Below, in pieces: positions 23,995 to 38,202 of a DNA stretch of 64,000 nucleotides. The stretch is from Anthoceros angustus (taxonomy: Eukaryota; Plantae; Anthocerotophyta): assembly GCA_010909165.1 (NCBI GenBank), contig VJWM01000179.1, positions 1 to 64,000 of the forward strand, written 5' to 3'. The notes under the pieces were generated by a model. It ran no database searches. It saw only the letters and a program-made list of their open reading frames with translations, and was not told where the DNA came from. Each line of letters starts with the position of its first letter. Position 1 is the first letter of the stretch. Position numbers and translations under genes: made by a program.

Positions 23995-26762
23995 ATGACA
24001 GAAGCGGAAGATGGGAGTGACAGTGAACTGCAAGGGGGGATCGACGACTCCGAGCAGGAGGAAGTAGAAAACTCAGATGAAGCCGCCAGTGGGAACCCCC
24101 CTTCCAATGATGACACCCAAGATGACGGTGAAACGGATTACACCGATGAGCCTGCGCAAGAGAGCTTGAATGAGCTGGAGGAACAACCTGAGCCTACCAG
24201 CACATCTCAGGATGAGGAGAGGCTTGATAATGATGAAGAGGGCAGTGAGGATATCGGTGGCACACCCGAGGAACAGCAGGAGTTTGTCGAGGAGCTGGAG
24301 AACTTCTTCAGGCAAAGAAATGTTGAGTTCAAGCTTCCCAAGTTTTATACGAAAAATCTGAATTGGCTTAAGTAAGCACGTCCGAACCTTCGAAAGTGCT
24401 CTTTAGACTTGGCCGTCGTTCCTAGCTGATACTCAATCGCCGCATGTTGCTGCTTACGAATATTAGTTAATGAGCAGAACATCACTTGCTATTTTCTTGC
24501 AGGCTCTGGAGAGCTGTGAATGGACTGGGAGGTTATGAACAGGTTGGTCTCTCACGCCGTGTCAGCTGGAGCTGCAGTATGTTCAAACATGTTGCGCGTA
24601 CACCTTTTTAGTTTGGTTTGTTTCTATTTGCAAAGCCTACAGGTTTTCTGGAACTACTCCTTTCCCTGGGTGTAACGGGTGGTAGTTGTAGTTAACTTGT
24701 GTGGAGTCCCTGCATGGAATCAGTCGAACAAGAACCCACACGGGTGTCACTGTGATAGATGCTTGAGGAATGTCACTAGCTGCTGACAATCTGCTCTTGC
24801 AGGTGACTGTGAAAAAATTGTGGCGCAAAGTAGGATCGTTGTTTGATCCTCCTAAGTAAGTCTGTAATCCTCTGCATAACTAGAGTGACTAGGTGTCATT
24901 ATATTGACGTTCTTGATCTTGTGGATTGTCCTTGTGTATTCCTTGGGGATTTCCAGGATCTTGACACCACTGAGCTAGGGGAAGCTTGTTTCCATAATCT
25001 CTGGTTGGAATCGTTTGCAGATCATGTACAACAGTATCGTGGTCATTCCGAGGCTTTTATGAGAAGGTATGTCCATTCTCTTTTGAACAGGGCTCCTTTG
25101 TTTCCCTTGGCATTACACCATACCCTCCGCTGATTCTTTGATTGTGTAATGGTATTAGGGTCTGTTGGATTACGAAAAGGTAACTAGGGGCACCTCTGGA
25201 GGAGCTAAGCAGCAATCACAAGGAAATACAAAAGATGAGGGGACTCTTTCCCCAACTACTCCATCCTCCCAGGTTCTACCAGCTGTTGAACTTGTGCTTA
25301 CATACTCCTGAAATGCCTCATGAGACCATGCATACTCAAGCTGCTTACAAGATCCCTAGAGGCCGGGAAGCTGATGGAGCACACTTTCTGTGGCAGCCTT
25401 CCTCTGGAGGAGTTCAAGGCAGAGCCAGACGTGATGCAGCTGCACGAGCCATGCAAGGCTGGCACTCGCGGCAAGGCAATGGCAATGGCGAGTCTGCAGA
25501 CCAACCAAGCAAGGTAACTCGGGTCATTGTGTAAATGAGGTCATAAGGTGTGAGGCTGTGTCCAGTGTGGGTTATAGATGAAAGTCGCTCTTGATCCATC
25601 TTCTTTACATCAAGCAGGAGAAAGGTGCTGGAATCACAGGAGCAAAGCGGGACAAGCCTTTGAAGAAAGGTGTGCAGAAATCTAGGAAGACATTGCTGGT
25701 CGCTAGGTGTTTCAGTTAGATTCATCGCATTAGATTGTTGGGTACAGACTGAAGTTTCATGCCTCTGCAGGTACGTTGAATAAGAAAGGAGTGTCTTCTC
25801 TACATCAGGATGTGAAACCTGGAGCGAAAAGAGACAGGTCACGTTTCCTAGATGAAAGTGGGTCAGCCCATAACGGTGTGGATGATGCTGACAAATATGA
25901 TTCAGCTTCACCCGTTACTAAGAGGAACTCAAAGGACCAGCGTCCAGCAAAAATATGCAAGAGTGAAGTTTTCGTCGAGATAAGCCCGAAAATTGTAGAT
26001 GATGGCCCTCCAGCCGACTGGGTGAAGATCAACGTGCACAGAACGGTAAGGCTACCTTCTGATTGTGTTTTTGGGTTGATCGATGCCTTACATTTCGTGG
26101 TGGAGAGAGATATGGTCAGCAAAGCCACAGCTGCTGTTTGCCTGTGGCTATGTCCTTGATAGCTTAACTCGATTGTGGATGTTGGTGGTGGAACTCTTAA
26201 CGGGCGGGGTTACATGCCATACTGTTTTCCTCCTTGTCTTGTATGCCATCGTGTGTGTCTAGACTTGTTGTGCAGTCCTAATCTTTTGAGGTTACATGTG
26301 GGACAGCCGGAGTGCTTTGAAGTGTATGCACTCGTTCCCGGTCTCGTGCGAGAGGAGGTAAGTGTCGCTTTCCCTTAGCTCTACCTACTTCTCTTGCAGT
26401 GGTGAACGTGGTCAAGCAAGAGTTGCGTGTCTCACTTCTTGCATATGCTACAGGTCCGAATCCAGTGCGAAGCAGGAGGCAGGCTTGTTATCGCTGGCGA
26501 GCCAGAGCACCCGAACAACCCATGGGGAGTGACGGCCTTCAGAAAGGTGGGTGGTCCCTCCCGCACACGTCCTTGCTTGTTCGCAGTCTGTTTTTGTCTC
26601 GTGTTCTAAGCTCAGCAGTCTCTGAGCTATAACCTAACCCAGCTGGGGATGGTATCGCAGGTGATCAGTTTGCCCTCCAGGATCGACGCCCACAGCACCT
26701 CGGCCGTAGTGACGCTACACGGGCAACTCTGCGTCCGCGTCCCATTCGCCACCGAGTCGTAG
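23995..26762 (+). CDS. ARID (AT-rich interactive) + Hsp20/ACD-like domain protein, multi-exon
   Basis: Acidic N-terminus. ARID blocks GTPEEQQEF..FKLPKFY..LNWLKLWRAV..LGGYEQV..KLWRKVG..CTTVSWSFRGFYEK. C-terminal DDGPPADWVKINV, FEVYALVPGLVREEV, PNNPWGVTAFRKV, TSAVVTLHGQL. Confidence 0.9.
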
Positions 26763-28005
26763 GCCGGCCATGAAGAATCCGATCTCGCAGTCCCAGATAG
26801 CCCGTTTTGGGTCCACACGGTGGAGGAGCAGAGGCGGTTTCCGGACAGCTGTGCCGGGCAGCCGTTGCGCTTAGTACCCCTCCAGAGCCGGTGGGATCGG
26901 GGCAACCAAGCATCAGTGTACACATAGTAGGAAGATTTTTAACTTAAACATCAATCTGCTCGCCCGGGAGAGCAGTGATGGAACCCCATGGCATGCTGCC
27001 CAGTTATTTCCTTGTGCTATCCGGGGGGGTTGGGGAGCAGTCCCTTCCTTCCAGGGACATGCCCAGTGGGGCGGTGGTCTGTTCAGTATTTCGTATATGA
27101 ATATTGCTTAAAGCCTACAATCTGGTGTGCAGCAGGAGCCAGCAGCAGCGGCCATGGGAGTCACGAATAGGAGATGCTCGTCCCCAGGTGGTGTGGTAGT
27201 GGCCGGCAGTTAAGCGGGAATCCGGGTGCTGGAGCCCATAGAAAATCCCAGTATTCGGGCTGTCGTGTGACGTCAGCATATGCGTTCAGGACAGGCGGGG
27301 CGGTGCGGGGAGTGCGGGAAACCATGACCGCATGATGCCGGTACCGTGAACCAGATCACATGGCAGCAACCACCAGTTCACAAGGACCAGTCGCGCCGGG
27401 CGGAGCGGATGGGATCTGATCTCGCCTGGGACCCCGGGGCGAGCCGAGTGCGAGTGCCGGTGCCGGTGCCGGTGCCGGTGCCGGTGCCGCGCCGTTGCAA
27501 GTTAAGGCGGTCGCGGTGCCGGTGACGCCGCCGGCAGGTGCCGGTCACGCAACCGCCCGGGTAGCTCGTAGCTCGGCGTCAGGAACCCTCACCTCACGTG
27601 GAGCCGTCCGAAGTGGTGCGCGGCCGTTGGCGCATTTGGGGCGACCGTCGGCGTGGCCGGATGAGCTTTGCACAGAGGCTTATCGCCAAGCGCGAAGCGC
27701 AACCCCGTCCGTGAGTCCGTGAGTCCGTGAGTCCGTGAGTCCGTGACACCGTGACCCCGTGATCCCGTTCGCGGTCGTGCGGATGGCCACGCCGAGGCCC
27801 TTCGCAGCTGTCGCCGCTTCTGAGGCCCTTGAGAGGCTGTGGCACGCAGCGGGGCAGCTGGCGCGGCGCTCAATACGCTAATGCACAGGCTTCCAGATCT
27901 CTTGTCGCGTCACGCAGCCACAATACAATGAGATCCTCGCGCAATACCGGCGCACCACCTCTGTTCAAGATTTGCGATCAACCACTAGAAAAAAACCGAT
28001 TGCAA

Positions 28006-31000
28006 TCAACCGCCTCGTGAAAACCTCAGTTCTTGCACCGTCGTGTACATGTGCTCCAACACTTTATCCTTGTTCTCCTGGAAGTGCCTCTCCAGCGTGA
28101 TGTACTCGTGCGCCACTAGGTCGATCTTCGCCTTCCTCATCACGTCCGCTATGGGAATCAACGTCTTCAACCTGCAACACCGATAACCCCATGTCATGTG
28201 CACTCCGCTTCCTCAAAGCTTTCATGCATGCTCTCAATTTCCTTACCCTGTTCGGTTGTCGGGAAATGATTTGTTCATGTCCTCCAATTCTTGCTCAGAC
28301 ATGTTTTTTATCGCGGACTTTATCTGATGTCATGCACAACCTATGAAGTTTGAACTTTCTTCATCCTTCGAACATGGCTAAGATCGCACCTCCGAGAATT
28401 TCATGCTTACCTTGTCCATGATTCCATCAAAACTCGCTTTGGGGAACTCTTTGGGATACAATTCCATCCATTTCAATGTATATTCATCTGCTTGTAACAA
28501 CTCAAATATGCGGTCATGAAAATTTATAACACCACCCACATACATGTCACTAGCAATGTATCGTTCATTGGTTGGAGGTTTAAAACATGCTTGCACTTTG
28601 TGAAGATATCGGCCACCAACAATTCCCGAGTTTCGGACGGGGGGATCAAAAACTGAGATTGAATCATCGCCTAAATGAAACTATCATCATAGAATTATGA
28701 AAAATATTTGGACCAAAGTAAATATGAAGATATGTTAATTGCAAGAAGTATGTGTGACACTGCTAAGTACACTCATCATGATTGAATTATCATAAATCAT
28801 ACGGATGTGCTCATGAATCGCAAGAAGTCTATGTAATACTGATATGAATATGCTTATGATTGTACCTGAACTATCATAAACCGATCTTGCATTGAAGGTT
28901 CAAGTTTGTGATCCGCATCCTCAATCATTTTCCCAATAAAGCTCAAACACTGCAGTATAGTAATTCGAGTGTGTACCTTTAGCTTTGTCCTCTTATGTCC
29001 ACCTAAGTGTACATCAGCTCAACACGGTACTTGACTCACCTTTCCATCGTTGTTGATCCATTTATCCCAATCAATGTATGGAGCTCGTGGCACTAAGTGA
29101 GTGACATTCATCAAACTATCTTCTGTTCTCCCCCATCCATTATGGGGTGGGACAGCTGGCCTTGCTATCACGGGAGGTAGTTCCTGTAATACATGTCATG
29201 TTGACATTTTATTTTGTGAGTAACTTAATTACCAACAAGAGCAATCAATCAATCATCTAGATACCTGCACGAAAACAGGCTCAAGCATCTCCTTTGAAAC
29301 GTTCCACTTTTTCATGTAATAATTTCTCGTATAGTCATCACAGTCATGAAGCAACATATCTCTGCCGTAGATTTTGATATAACTGCCAACGTGCAAGTCA
29401 CTCTCATGATAAAATTTTGATTTTGGTTGAGGAGCCACTAATTCAGGTCCTGAAAATATGAAAATGTAATACCATATGTTACTAAAGGTTAGAGTAAATG
29501 AATAACCTCACGGATCAAGTAAAGTGCTATAGATCACTACATAATACATATCAATAATAAAGTGCTATAGTTCACTACTTAACACATACCAATAATGCCT
29601 TGTGGAACTTCTTTGGGTAATCTGCATCGATTAAGTAACATCGCATAATGATCAGCTCCTCGATTTCGTTCATTGATTTCACATACTTCTATAGTATCAT
29701 CTCCAAGAAAATAGTGTAGAATCTGTTAAATCAAAACTATGAGCCTTGAACCATTAATTCAATAGCTTGTCATCTAGCTCTCTTTTTCTTTATTAAAGTT
29801 AAACATAATTTTATTATTATCATTAATGAGTAATAATTTGGCATGATTTCACGTACTTACATAAGGACGACGATCACCATAAAGGCTTTCACGGTCATCC
29901 CAAATGCAGTAAAATCTTAAAACTTTGCCATCATTGTCCAAAAATTGTTGTCTGGTCGTACTGTAAATATATGGAATTTTATGATGTTCTAAACTTTTGC
30001 GCCAAGATTCAATAGGTTCCCCTGGGAAGGCTTCTTCAGTACCAAGATCATATCCACGTTTTAGCATATATCTCTGGATTTTTGAAAAATATTCTATTTA
30101 TTGTATGCAGGTTTCATACAAAGTTTTCAAATATTGCTGAGAAAATTTTTGGGATTTTTACCCTTGTGAAGGCATCACATTGGCATAAACGAATGGTATA
30201 TCCATACATGCTAATATTCTCTCCTAGCTTAAAGTCTTCCAAAGTGATGCACTCTGAAGTTTCAGGATGTTTGGTCACTCGATGTCTCTTCAAAAATGCT
30301 CCCTATAATTGTGAGTCTAGAACATAAGTCTTCATGGTAAACATGAACTTTCATTATCTTGAGAGTAAAAGAAAAAACAACATACTTGCAGAAGCCCACT
30401 ATCCCGTTCTTTAGGTTCCTGCAAAGATACATTCCATTTCATTTAGAATTAGGTACAATTTATACTTCTTATTGGATTATGCTCTGATGTATAAAATGGC
30501 CTTACAATAATTTGTATGGTGCCATCTTCAAGATAATAATAGATTGTACACTTCCGAAGTCGCCAATTCTCTTCTCTTCTCTCATCGACTGCTTCTTTGA
30601 AAAAACCAAAAAAACGTAACACCTGTGATTTTTTTGAGTGCATCAAGAAATGCAATAATAGTCACATGCTCTGGTCTTAGTTCATTCTTAGGCTCATTTC
30701 CATTCTATATCAAACCTGATGGTCATATTTCAACCAAGCAATTTGATAGCCACATTCATCTTCATCGCAACCACATGCACCATCACATGGACAATCCATT
30801 CCTTGTGCTTTGGTTTCATCCACTCTTCCCATAATATCATATCGAGGAGGTTCTTTTTCGTCTAGAAATTTTGGATGAGTAAGTCTCTCCCTTGGCGGCT
30901 GAAAGGTCCATTTTCACTTTTAGCCCATCATTATCACTTGCCACTAATTTTGTGATATGTTTTTCATTGAAAAAGAAATTACAAGGAACCTTACCGGCAT

Positions 31001-31036
31001 GCAAACTTCAGACACAGACTTCCTTCGTTCTGCCAT
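28006..31036 (-). CDS. EFHC1: EFHC1/Rib72-like axonemal protein with three DM10 domains, multi-exon
   Basis: DM10-1 AWLKYDHQVLRFFGFFKEAV..YYYLEDGTIQI..EP..SGLLQG. DM10-2 QFLDNDGKVLRFYCIWDD..HYFLGDDTIEV. DM10-3 includes FHLGDDSISVFDP..RNSGIVGG..FELLQADEYT. Confidence 0.9.
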
Positions 31037-32629
31037 CTTTGATTGTTTATGAAAATCCAACTATGCTTCTACACTTAAAGCTATAAGCTTGTCAAATATG
31101 AATGATAATGAGTGGAGAAAGAGTAACACACTTATGACTTGGTACACTTGATGTAGATTGAAACCACAAAAAAAATTCAAACAACAAATAAAGGAGCTAG
31201 AAAGAGGGCTAAGGTAAAAGAGATCCGATCGTTCATGAATTGATGGTTAAAAATAATTTTATATATATTAAAATTATGCAGAATATGTGCAGGTCTTATT
31301 AGATGTGATGTTGTAGACCTCCAAAATCTGCTACACAGGATTGTGGATAGTGAGAGTCGCGTAATCACCAGGTGGTGGGCGGTGGAAGGAAAGAGGGCGT
31401 AGAGGAAATGAGCATGGAAATTGTATAGCGGAGAAAATGGGGGAAGAGAAAGTGCGGAGCAAGTCAAAGGACAGGAGCAAGTTGCAGATAAGTTAGGGAT
31501 GTTGTAAACTACAAACTACAGTACCAATGCGGTGGAAGTTGGAAGGGTAGAGGGAGAATATCCGGTAGCGGGAGAAGACGCAAGTGACGTGCGCAGTGGG
31601 CAAGTTGATGAGTTGCTGGGCCCCTTGGGCCGGTGGGCGCCGGCGAGAGACTGACGTATGCAGTGTACGTCCACCTGCTGGGCGCGGGGTATGGGCCGGT
31701 GCCCCAAAGCCACAGTAGGAAGGGGGAGAAGAAACTGTGTTCCATTGTACAGTGGCAGTGACAGGCTGACCAGGCGCTTGCCATATCCGGCTGCGAACGA
31801 TGCTCCGCCTCGATCGCGCGCCCCTCGTACATCTCGGTCGCCCATCCCAGGTCTGCAAATCCTCTCGCACTCGCAGTTCCTGCTCCGCTTCTGCCCGTCC
31901 TTCGTTTTCTGCCGCGGCTTCTTCTCCTTCTCCTTCTTCGTGTTGTGTTGTTGTGGCGGTCGTGATGCAGACATAGCTGTAAGGGATCCCCTTGCCAGTG
32001 CCGTAGCCCGAAAGCCTTTCTTCCTCCATTCCTACCTTCCCTTCTGGGTCCTTCCTGTTCCCTCCTTCCCCGGGAGCCGACAGAGAGGAGTCGGTGAGTA
32101 AGTAAAAGTCACGCTGTCCGTGCTTCTCCGTGTGGCTGAGCTGTGAGGATCGATGAGTGCAGGGTCAGTTTAGCCGGAGAATGATCTGTTGCCATGGCCG
32201 CCCCCAAGGACCGTGTGATAGTCATCTGCAACATGTACTCTAAAGGCGGTTTAGTGCGCGACGGATCGGGCAGGAGCCCAGCCACCACGCAGTTCCACCA
32301 CCCCACCAAGTTCTACCTCCAAGATTCCATCATCTTCCTCTGCCTTTCGCTCGGTCGCTGGGCCACTACGTGACTCGTGAGGACGCCGCCCCGGGCGGTT
32401 GTGCTCGCTCTCTTGCTATTGAGGCCCGGCCCGGCTCGGCCACTACCTCGCTTGCGCTCGCGGAGGACATGGACGCCAGGATTGTACGCACATCGCTGTC
32501 GTTGATGCTGCTGCTGGGTGGGGGTGAATGCGATTTGGGACAGCTTTGCCTCACTGGACACTCCAAGGACTGAACACGCCCATCACTAGCTTATGCACGC
32601 CATCCCTAGCTTAGCTTCATACAGGAGCT

Positions 32630-32742
32630 CCTGGTGGCCTGGTGGGTAAGCTCTGGTGGTCTGGTGGTGGGTAAGCTCTGGTGGCCTAAGCTCTGGTGGT
32701 GGGTGAGCTCTGGTGGCCTGGGTGAGCTCTGGTGGCCTGGGT
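32630..32742. repeat. ~19 bp degenerate tandem repeat just upstream of the kinase ATG
   Basis: gctctggtgg(cct/tgg)ggt(a/g)a units. Confidence 0.8.
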
Positions 32743-32751
32743 AGGAGTAGG

Positions 32752-35700
32752 ATGGTGGACCTTTATCGCTTCAACGGCTTCAGGCAAGGAGTGGACATGT
32801 ACTCGGCGGCCTTCGAGTCGGAAGGCTGGGAATTGCTGTCCAACCATAACCTTGAGAACTGCAGTGCCGCCTACGCCCACAGGCAGAAATTTGTGGGCGA
32901 GACTACGGCCTCTCCTCGCCCGGGCTCTGCTGCCGGCCGCTCGCCATTGCACCCGGCCTACGGCGGTGGGTACTCTCCCCGCAGGAAATCCGACCTCGCA
33001 GAGCCATGGACGCGGCGGAGTCCCAGCGACAGGCAGCTGGACCAGCTTGCTTCTTCCGACGGCCAGCGGCGGGGCCGCTCGCAATCCCCCCGTCCTGACT
33101 CTCCGAGAGGGGACCGGAGGCAGCGCAGGCAGCAGCAGCAGCAGCAGCTGCAGCGGCCGGCCACTCCCAATCACGCCGTGGGCGACGAGCAGCAGCAGTC
33201 CCCGCTGCGGCAGCACGGGAGGCAGGAGGCCGCGGCCGCGCCCACTTTCAGGAAATCGGCCAATGTGAGGGAGCTCAATCTGCTGCAGTCCTTCGGCCAG
33301 GCCGTCATATGCACCGACCTGCAAGGAATCATCACGTTTTGGTGGGTTGGGTTGCTGTCACATTCTTGCCTTTCCCGCGGCATTGCCTTCTTGCCTTGTT
33401 CGGCTTCTCATTTTCCTTGCCTGCAGGAACCGCGCGGCGGAGACATTGTACGGCTGGAGGGGGGAGGAAGTGGTTGGGGTTAGTGTGCTCAATGTGCTTA
33501 TTCCGTCCAGGCTCATCAAGGAAGCGGCGGACATCATCAGCCGCGTGGGCCAAGGCGATTCCTGGACTGGCCGCTATCCCTGCTTGCGGAGAGATGGTGT
33601 TGTGTTGGATACGGTGGTGACCAAGTCTCCGATCGTGGACGAAAATGGGACTATCGTTGGCGTGATCGGCTCGTCTATTGATGCCAAGTCCATCAGCACG
33701 GATAAGAGTTCTCTGAGTCGGGCTTATGAGAATGAGTGGCTCAATTCTGACCTCGATGCTAGATGTTGCGAGGAAGATGATCATGGCAGGTGGTCACATC
33801 CAAGGTTTCCTACGGATGCACCTCAGGCCACAGATGACTCCAGCAAGGGAAGCAGTAAAAGTCTGCTGGTAGGTACCATGGTCACTTTTATGCCATTGTT
33901 GCCTAGCTTGCTTGCTTACTTTCGTCCCACTGAAGCATACTTACTTTCGTACCACTGATTACTTTCGTACCACTGAAGCTTGCTTACCTTCATCCTACTG
34001 AAGCACGGGCTGGTTTGGGGCTGGTTTGTGTGTGTGTACAGCAACGGCTTGGATGTACTTCAGTTCAACAAATTCTACGGAAATTCAACTTCAGAGGATA
34101 CAAGAGTTCGGATGATTCGTGTGCTCAATCTCAGCAATCGAAGGGGAAGGAACAGCATGCGTATAGCAGTGAATCGGGTTCCAGTCAATCTAGATTTTCT
34201 TCGACTTACAGGGATGACTGCTCTCTGGATATGAGAGAGCATATGCTCTCTGTCACAGGACAACGACCTTGGATGCAATCTGCATCAGAAGCATGCAATC
34301 AGCATGCTACAGCCTCGGCGGCAGCCAATCATTCTCTGGGCTATCCGCTGGGGAGGGATGTCAATGTTCTCTCCAATCATTCTCTGGTCTACCCGCTGGG
34401 GAGGGACGTCAATGTTCTCTCCAGGACCTCCAGTGGCTCCACTGCTGGAAGTCCTATGGCAGCATCTGTCGTAGGAAGCCCAAACGGTAGTGTGCCGAAC
34501 AGTGGTGCATTGTCAGCTGTGGCAGGTGGAGGTGTCAACTTTCAACAGGCGGAAGAAGATTTCCAACTTCAGCTGGCACTAGCTCTGCGTGTTGCTGCGG
34601 AGGCTGCAGCCATCGATGATCCAGATCTTGTTGCCAATTTGAGGGGTCCAATCGGAAGCACCCGCATGGTGCCAGGAGTCAGCAAGATTGAATCAATTGC
34701 CTACAGATACTGGGTATGTAATAACAAGACCAGCTTTTGTCGTCCAGTGATCAGGTTGTTTCCAGCTTTTGTCGTCCAGTCATCAGGTTGTTTCCATCCA
34801 GCTTTTGTAGTCCAGTCATCAGGTTGTTTCCATCCATCTTTCATTGTTGATGTTGTACATCGATCTTTGCAGGTGAGCAATTGTCTCAGCTATGATGACC
34901 ATATAGAGGATGGTTTTTTTGAGATATGGGGCATGAGTCCTTATGTCTGGAGCATGTGTACAGATTCCAATGAGTTGGGCCGCATGCCCCCTCTCGAGTC
35001 TTTGCGTTCTGTCCATCTGGCAGACGCTGTGTTTGAAGTTGTTCTTGTTGATAGGAGTTTGGACCCAGAGTTATGTGGGCTGGAGGATAAAGCTGTTGGT
35101 CTTGCATACGACTGCACGGAAGTTCTTGATCTTGCAAGGAAACTTGGAAAGATGGTTGCAACTGTCATGGGTGGTGCTGCAATATCGGATGAAGTTCTAC
35201 TACAGGCGTGGAAGTCTTGCAGTGCCCAGGTGATGCAGGTTGTTTCCAGTATTGTGCTACCCATTGGCAAGCTGAAGACTGGACTCTGCCGCCATCGTGC
35301 ATTACTTTTTAAGGTCAGTCAAACTGTTCCTACTTGCTTGTTGACTCAAGAGTGGGAAGGCCTACGGAATGCATCCTGACATCCTCCCAACGTTTGCAGG
35401 TTTTGGCAGACAGTGTGGGATTGTCTTGTCGGCTTGTCCGTGGCAGCTCTTATTGTGGGAAGGAAGATGATGCCATGGTGGTCGTCAAATGTGGCGACGA
35501 TAAGTAAGTAGTAGTCAATGCTTGTACATGCCACTTGCCACAATTCATTGACAGTTTTGCAGTTCATTGGAAGTGAAACCAGCGTTTTTCTGACTGGTCA
35601 GTTTCTCTACTTCTTTGGTCTTCTTGCAGGGAATGGATGATTGATTTGCTTGCTAACCCTGGGCAGATAATGGCCCCCGACGCTAGACTATCTGCTCCAC

Positions 35701-38202
35701 CTGCTGTGATATCTTCGCCCTTGCAGTTCGACAGAGCAAGTCCCTTTGCAGGGAGTAGCATATCTGTGATGGACTGGGCTCGGCCGGAGCTTGGGAGCAC
35801 TGCTGTTTCTAATCCTATCGCAGCAGGTGACCAAGCACAAGTGAGCGTACCCCCAGTATCTAACATCGCCTTCAGAACAACTGTGATAGAACCCAATGGT
35901 ACTGTGTCGGAGTTGCCTGTTGAAAATGAAGGCAAATGGCAGATACCTCTGGCAAGAGGTGTGCCTGAAGAAGAGCAGGTGGGACCGGTTGGAAATGCAG
36001 GCAGTAATCATGATGAACATTTCTGCAAAAACAGTGTTGAGGATAAGTTGAATGCGGGACAGCGAGCAGCAGATGGCACGAATGGACCGGGCACCCCCAA
36101 GGGACACAGTGGTCAGGAGCTGGAGGCAAACCTTGTGAAAGCATTTCGTGCAGATGATGGTAGTCCAAGGCTTGATACAGGAAGGTGGGCACTTGAGGAT
36201 ATGCGTCACTACATTGAAGCTGGGGGAGTGAGCAACACTCTGAAAAGTTGTGTTGTAAAGCGAATGTTGGTGAATGCGGAAGATCTTGAGATTCCTTGGG
36301 AGGACATATCTATTGGGGAAAGAATTGGTCAAGGTGTGTTATGTGGGCATGATTGTACGTTATATGAGAACTGTCCAGCTGTGTGCTAGGGTTTCTACAC
36401 ATTGATGCATAGCTACCTCCTCGGCCTTGTCGCTGATATGGATTTTGGATACTGTGGTGTGTGGGCAGGTTCATATGGAAAGGTGTATAGAGGAGACTGG
36501 CAAGGCTCGGTAAGTTGGAGCGTACAATTGTTGCTTAAATATTTGAATCTCTTATGGTGTTTGTGTACTGATTGGGAGCTTGTGACTACATGCAGGATGT
36601 GGCTGTAAAAGTGTTCCTTGATCAGGATTTGAAGCTTGAGGCTTTGGAGGAGTTCAGAAGCGAGGTGAGGGTTTAGTCAATCTACCATTTCATGTAGTTG
36701 TTCTCCTGTTTATCTTTCCAGGTCATAACCATTGCGCTTTCAAACAAATCTTCGTCCTGATGCAGGTTGCTATCATGCGTCGGCTTCGGCATCCCAACAT
36801 AGTCCTGTTCATGGGTGCTGTTATGAGGCCTCCAAATTTGTCAATTGTTACAGAGTTCTGCCCAAGGTAAGCGCAGCAAGCTTGACTGGAATGATGGTGT
36901 GTTTTAGTGTATGGTTGAAATTTTTTGGATGCTTATCTGCGGTGTGAACGATTTTCTTCAGAGGGAGTCTGTTCAGGCTGCTCCACCGACCAAACCGTGA
37001 ACTGGACGAACGGCGTCGAATCCGCATGGCACTAGATGTGGTCAGTGTTTGAAGCCCTCCGGAATTAGGGACGGTAGTGGTCTTTGATATCCTTGTCGTA
37101 GCGTAGAAGTTTCTTCTCTGGTTTGAGTAGAAGTGCTCGACGTGACTTTTATTGTGTTTGAGGAGGAGTGCTGATGTGTTGTACGCTCAGGTGAAAGGCA
37201 TGAACTATCTGCACAGATGTTCCCCTCCTGTCGTGCACCGGGATTTGAAATCTCCGAATCTGTTGGTGGATAAGAATTGGACTGTCAAGGTATTACCTTT
37301 TTCAAAACTTAAAATTAGGAGGATTGCAATTCTGGGTATCTTCCTGGTTTGCATTGGTGCACAAGTCTCAAATGTACTTTTTTCTTGGTGCAGGTATGTG
37401 ACTTTGGTCTATCACGCCAGAAAAGCAGCACATTCCTATCATCCAAGTCCAGCGCTGGAACGGTAGGTCCTTAAAACGTGATGGCACTTGGACGTTTTCA
37501 ATCAATCCTCTATTGCTTGGGTTGATCGGTTTGACTTAATCTAGTTTCCGTTTGCCTTTCAGCCAGAATGGATGGCTCCAGAAGTGTTGCGGAACGAGCC
37601 TTCTGATGAAAAGTATGTGCGCCCTTACTGGTCCGATGGTAGAAATTTCGGCTTCTTTTCAGAGTGCTCTTTGTTTACCTGTGGTTTTATGCCCGCAGGT
37701 CTGATATTTACAGTTTTGGGGTTATCCTGTGGGAGTTGGCGACGTTGCAAGTTCCTTGGGCGGGATTGAGTCCCATACAGGTAAGAGAAGACTGCTGCCG
37801 ATGTGTTACGATCTGTTGTGAAGGAGATAAAGCTTGGTGCAGGTGTTGATGTGATAATCAACTGATGGGTACGGTAGTCATTGTTTCGGCAGGTTGTTGG
37901 CGCTGTTGGTTTTCAGCATAGACGACTCCCTATTCCCGATACTGTAGACCCATCCGTTGCAGCTATCATCCAGGCCTGCTGGAGAATGTATGTGTCCTTG
38001 TACCTTGCTGTAGTGCTGAAGTTGCGTAGTAATTGGAAGTCAGCGAACCTAACTCGTAGTTTGTTTCTGCAGGGATCCAAAAACAAGACCTTCCTTTGCA
38101 GATATAATGCAAGAGCTGAAGCCCTTGCAAAAAACCCAACAAAATTCCCCAACGCTAAAGCGGCCTACCTCTCCTGATGCCACTAAATTGGAGAGAATTT
38201 GA
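32752..38202 (+). CDS. Group B3 Raf-like MAPKKK with PAS + EDR1 + kinase domains (ANR/ARK/CTR1L-like)
   Basis: PAS: [27 protein letters not shown]1: [31 protein letters not shown]. Kinase: [35 protein letters not shown]. Stop codon at 38200-38202. Confidence 0.92.
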
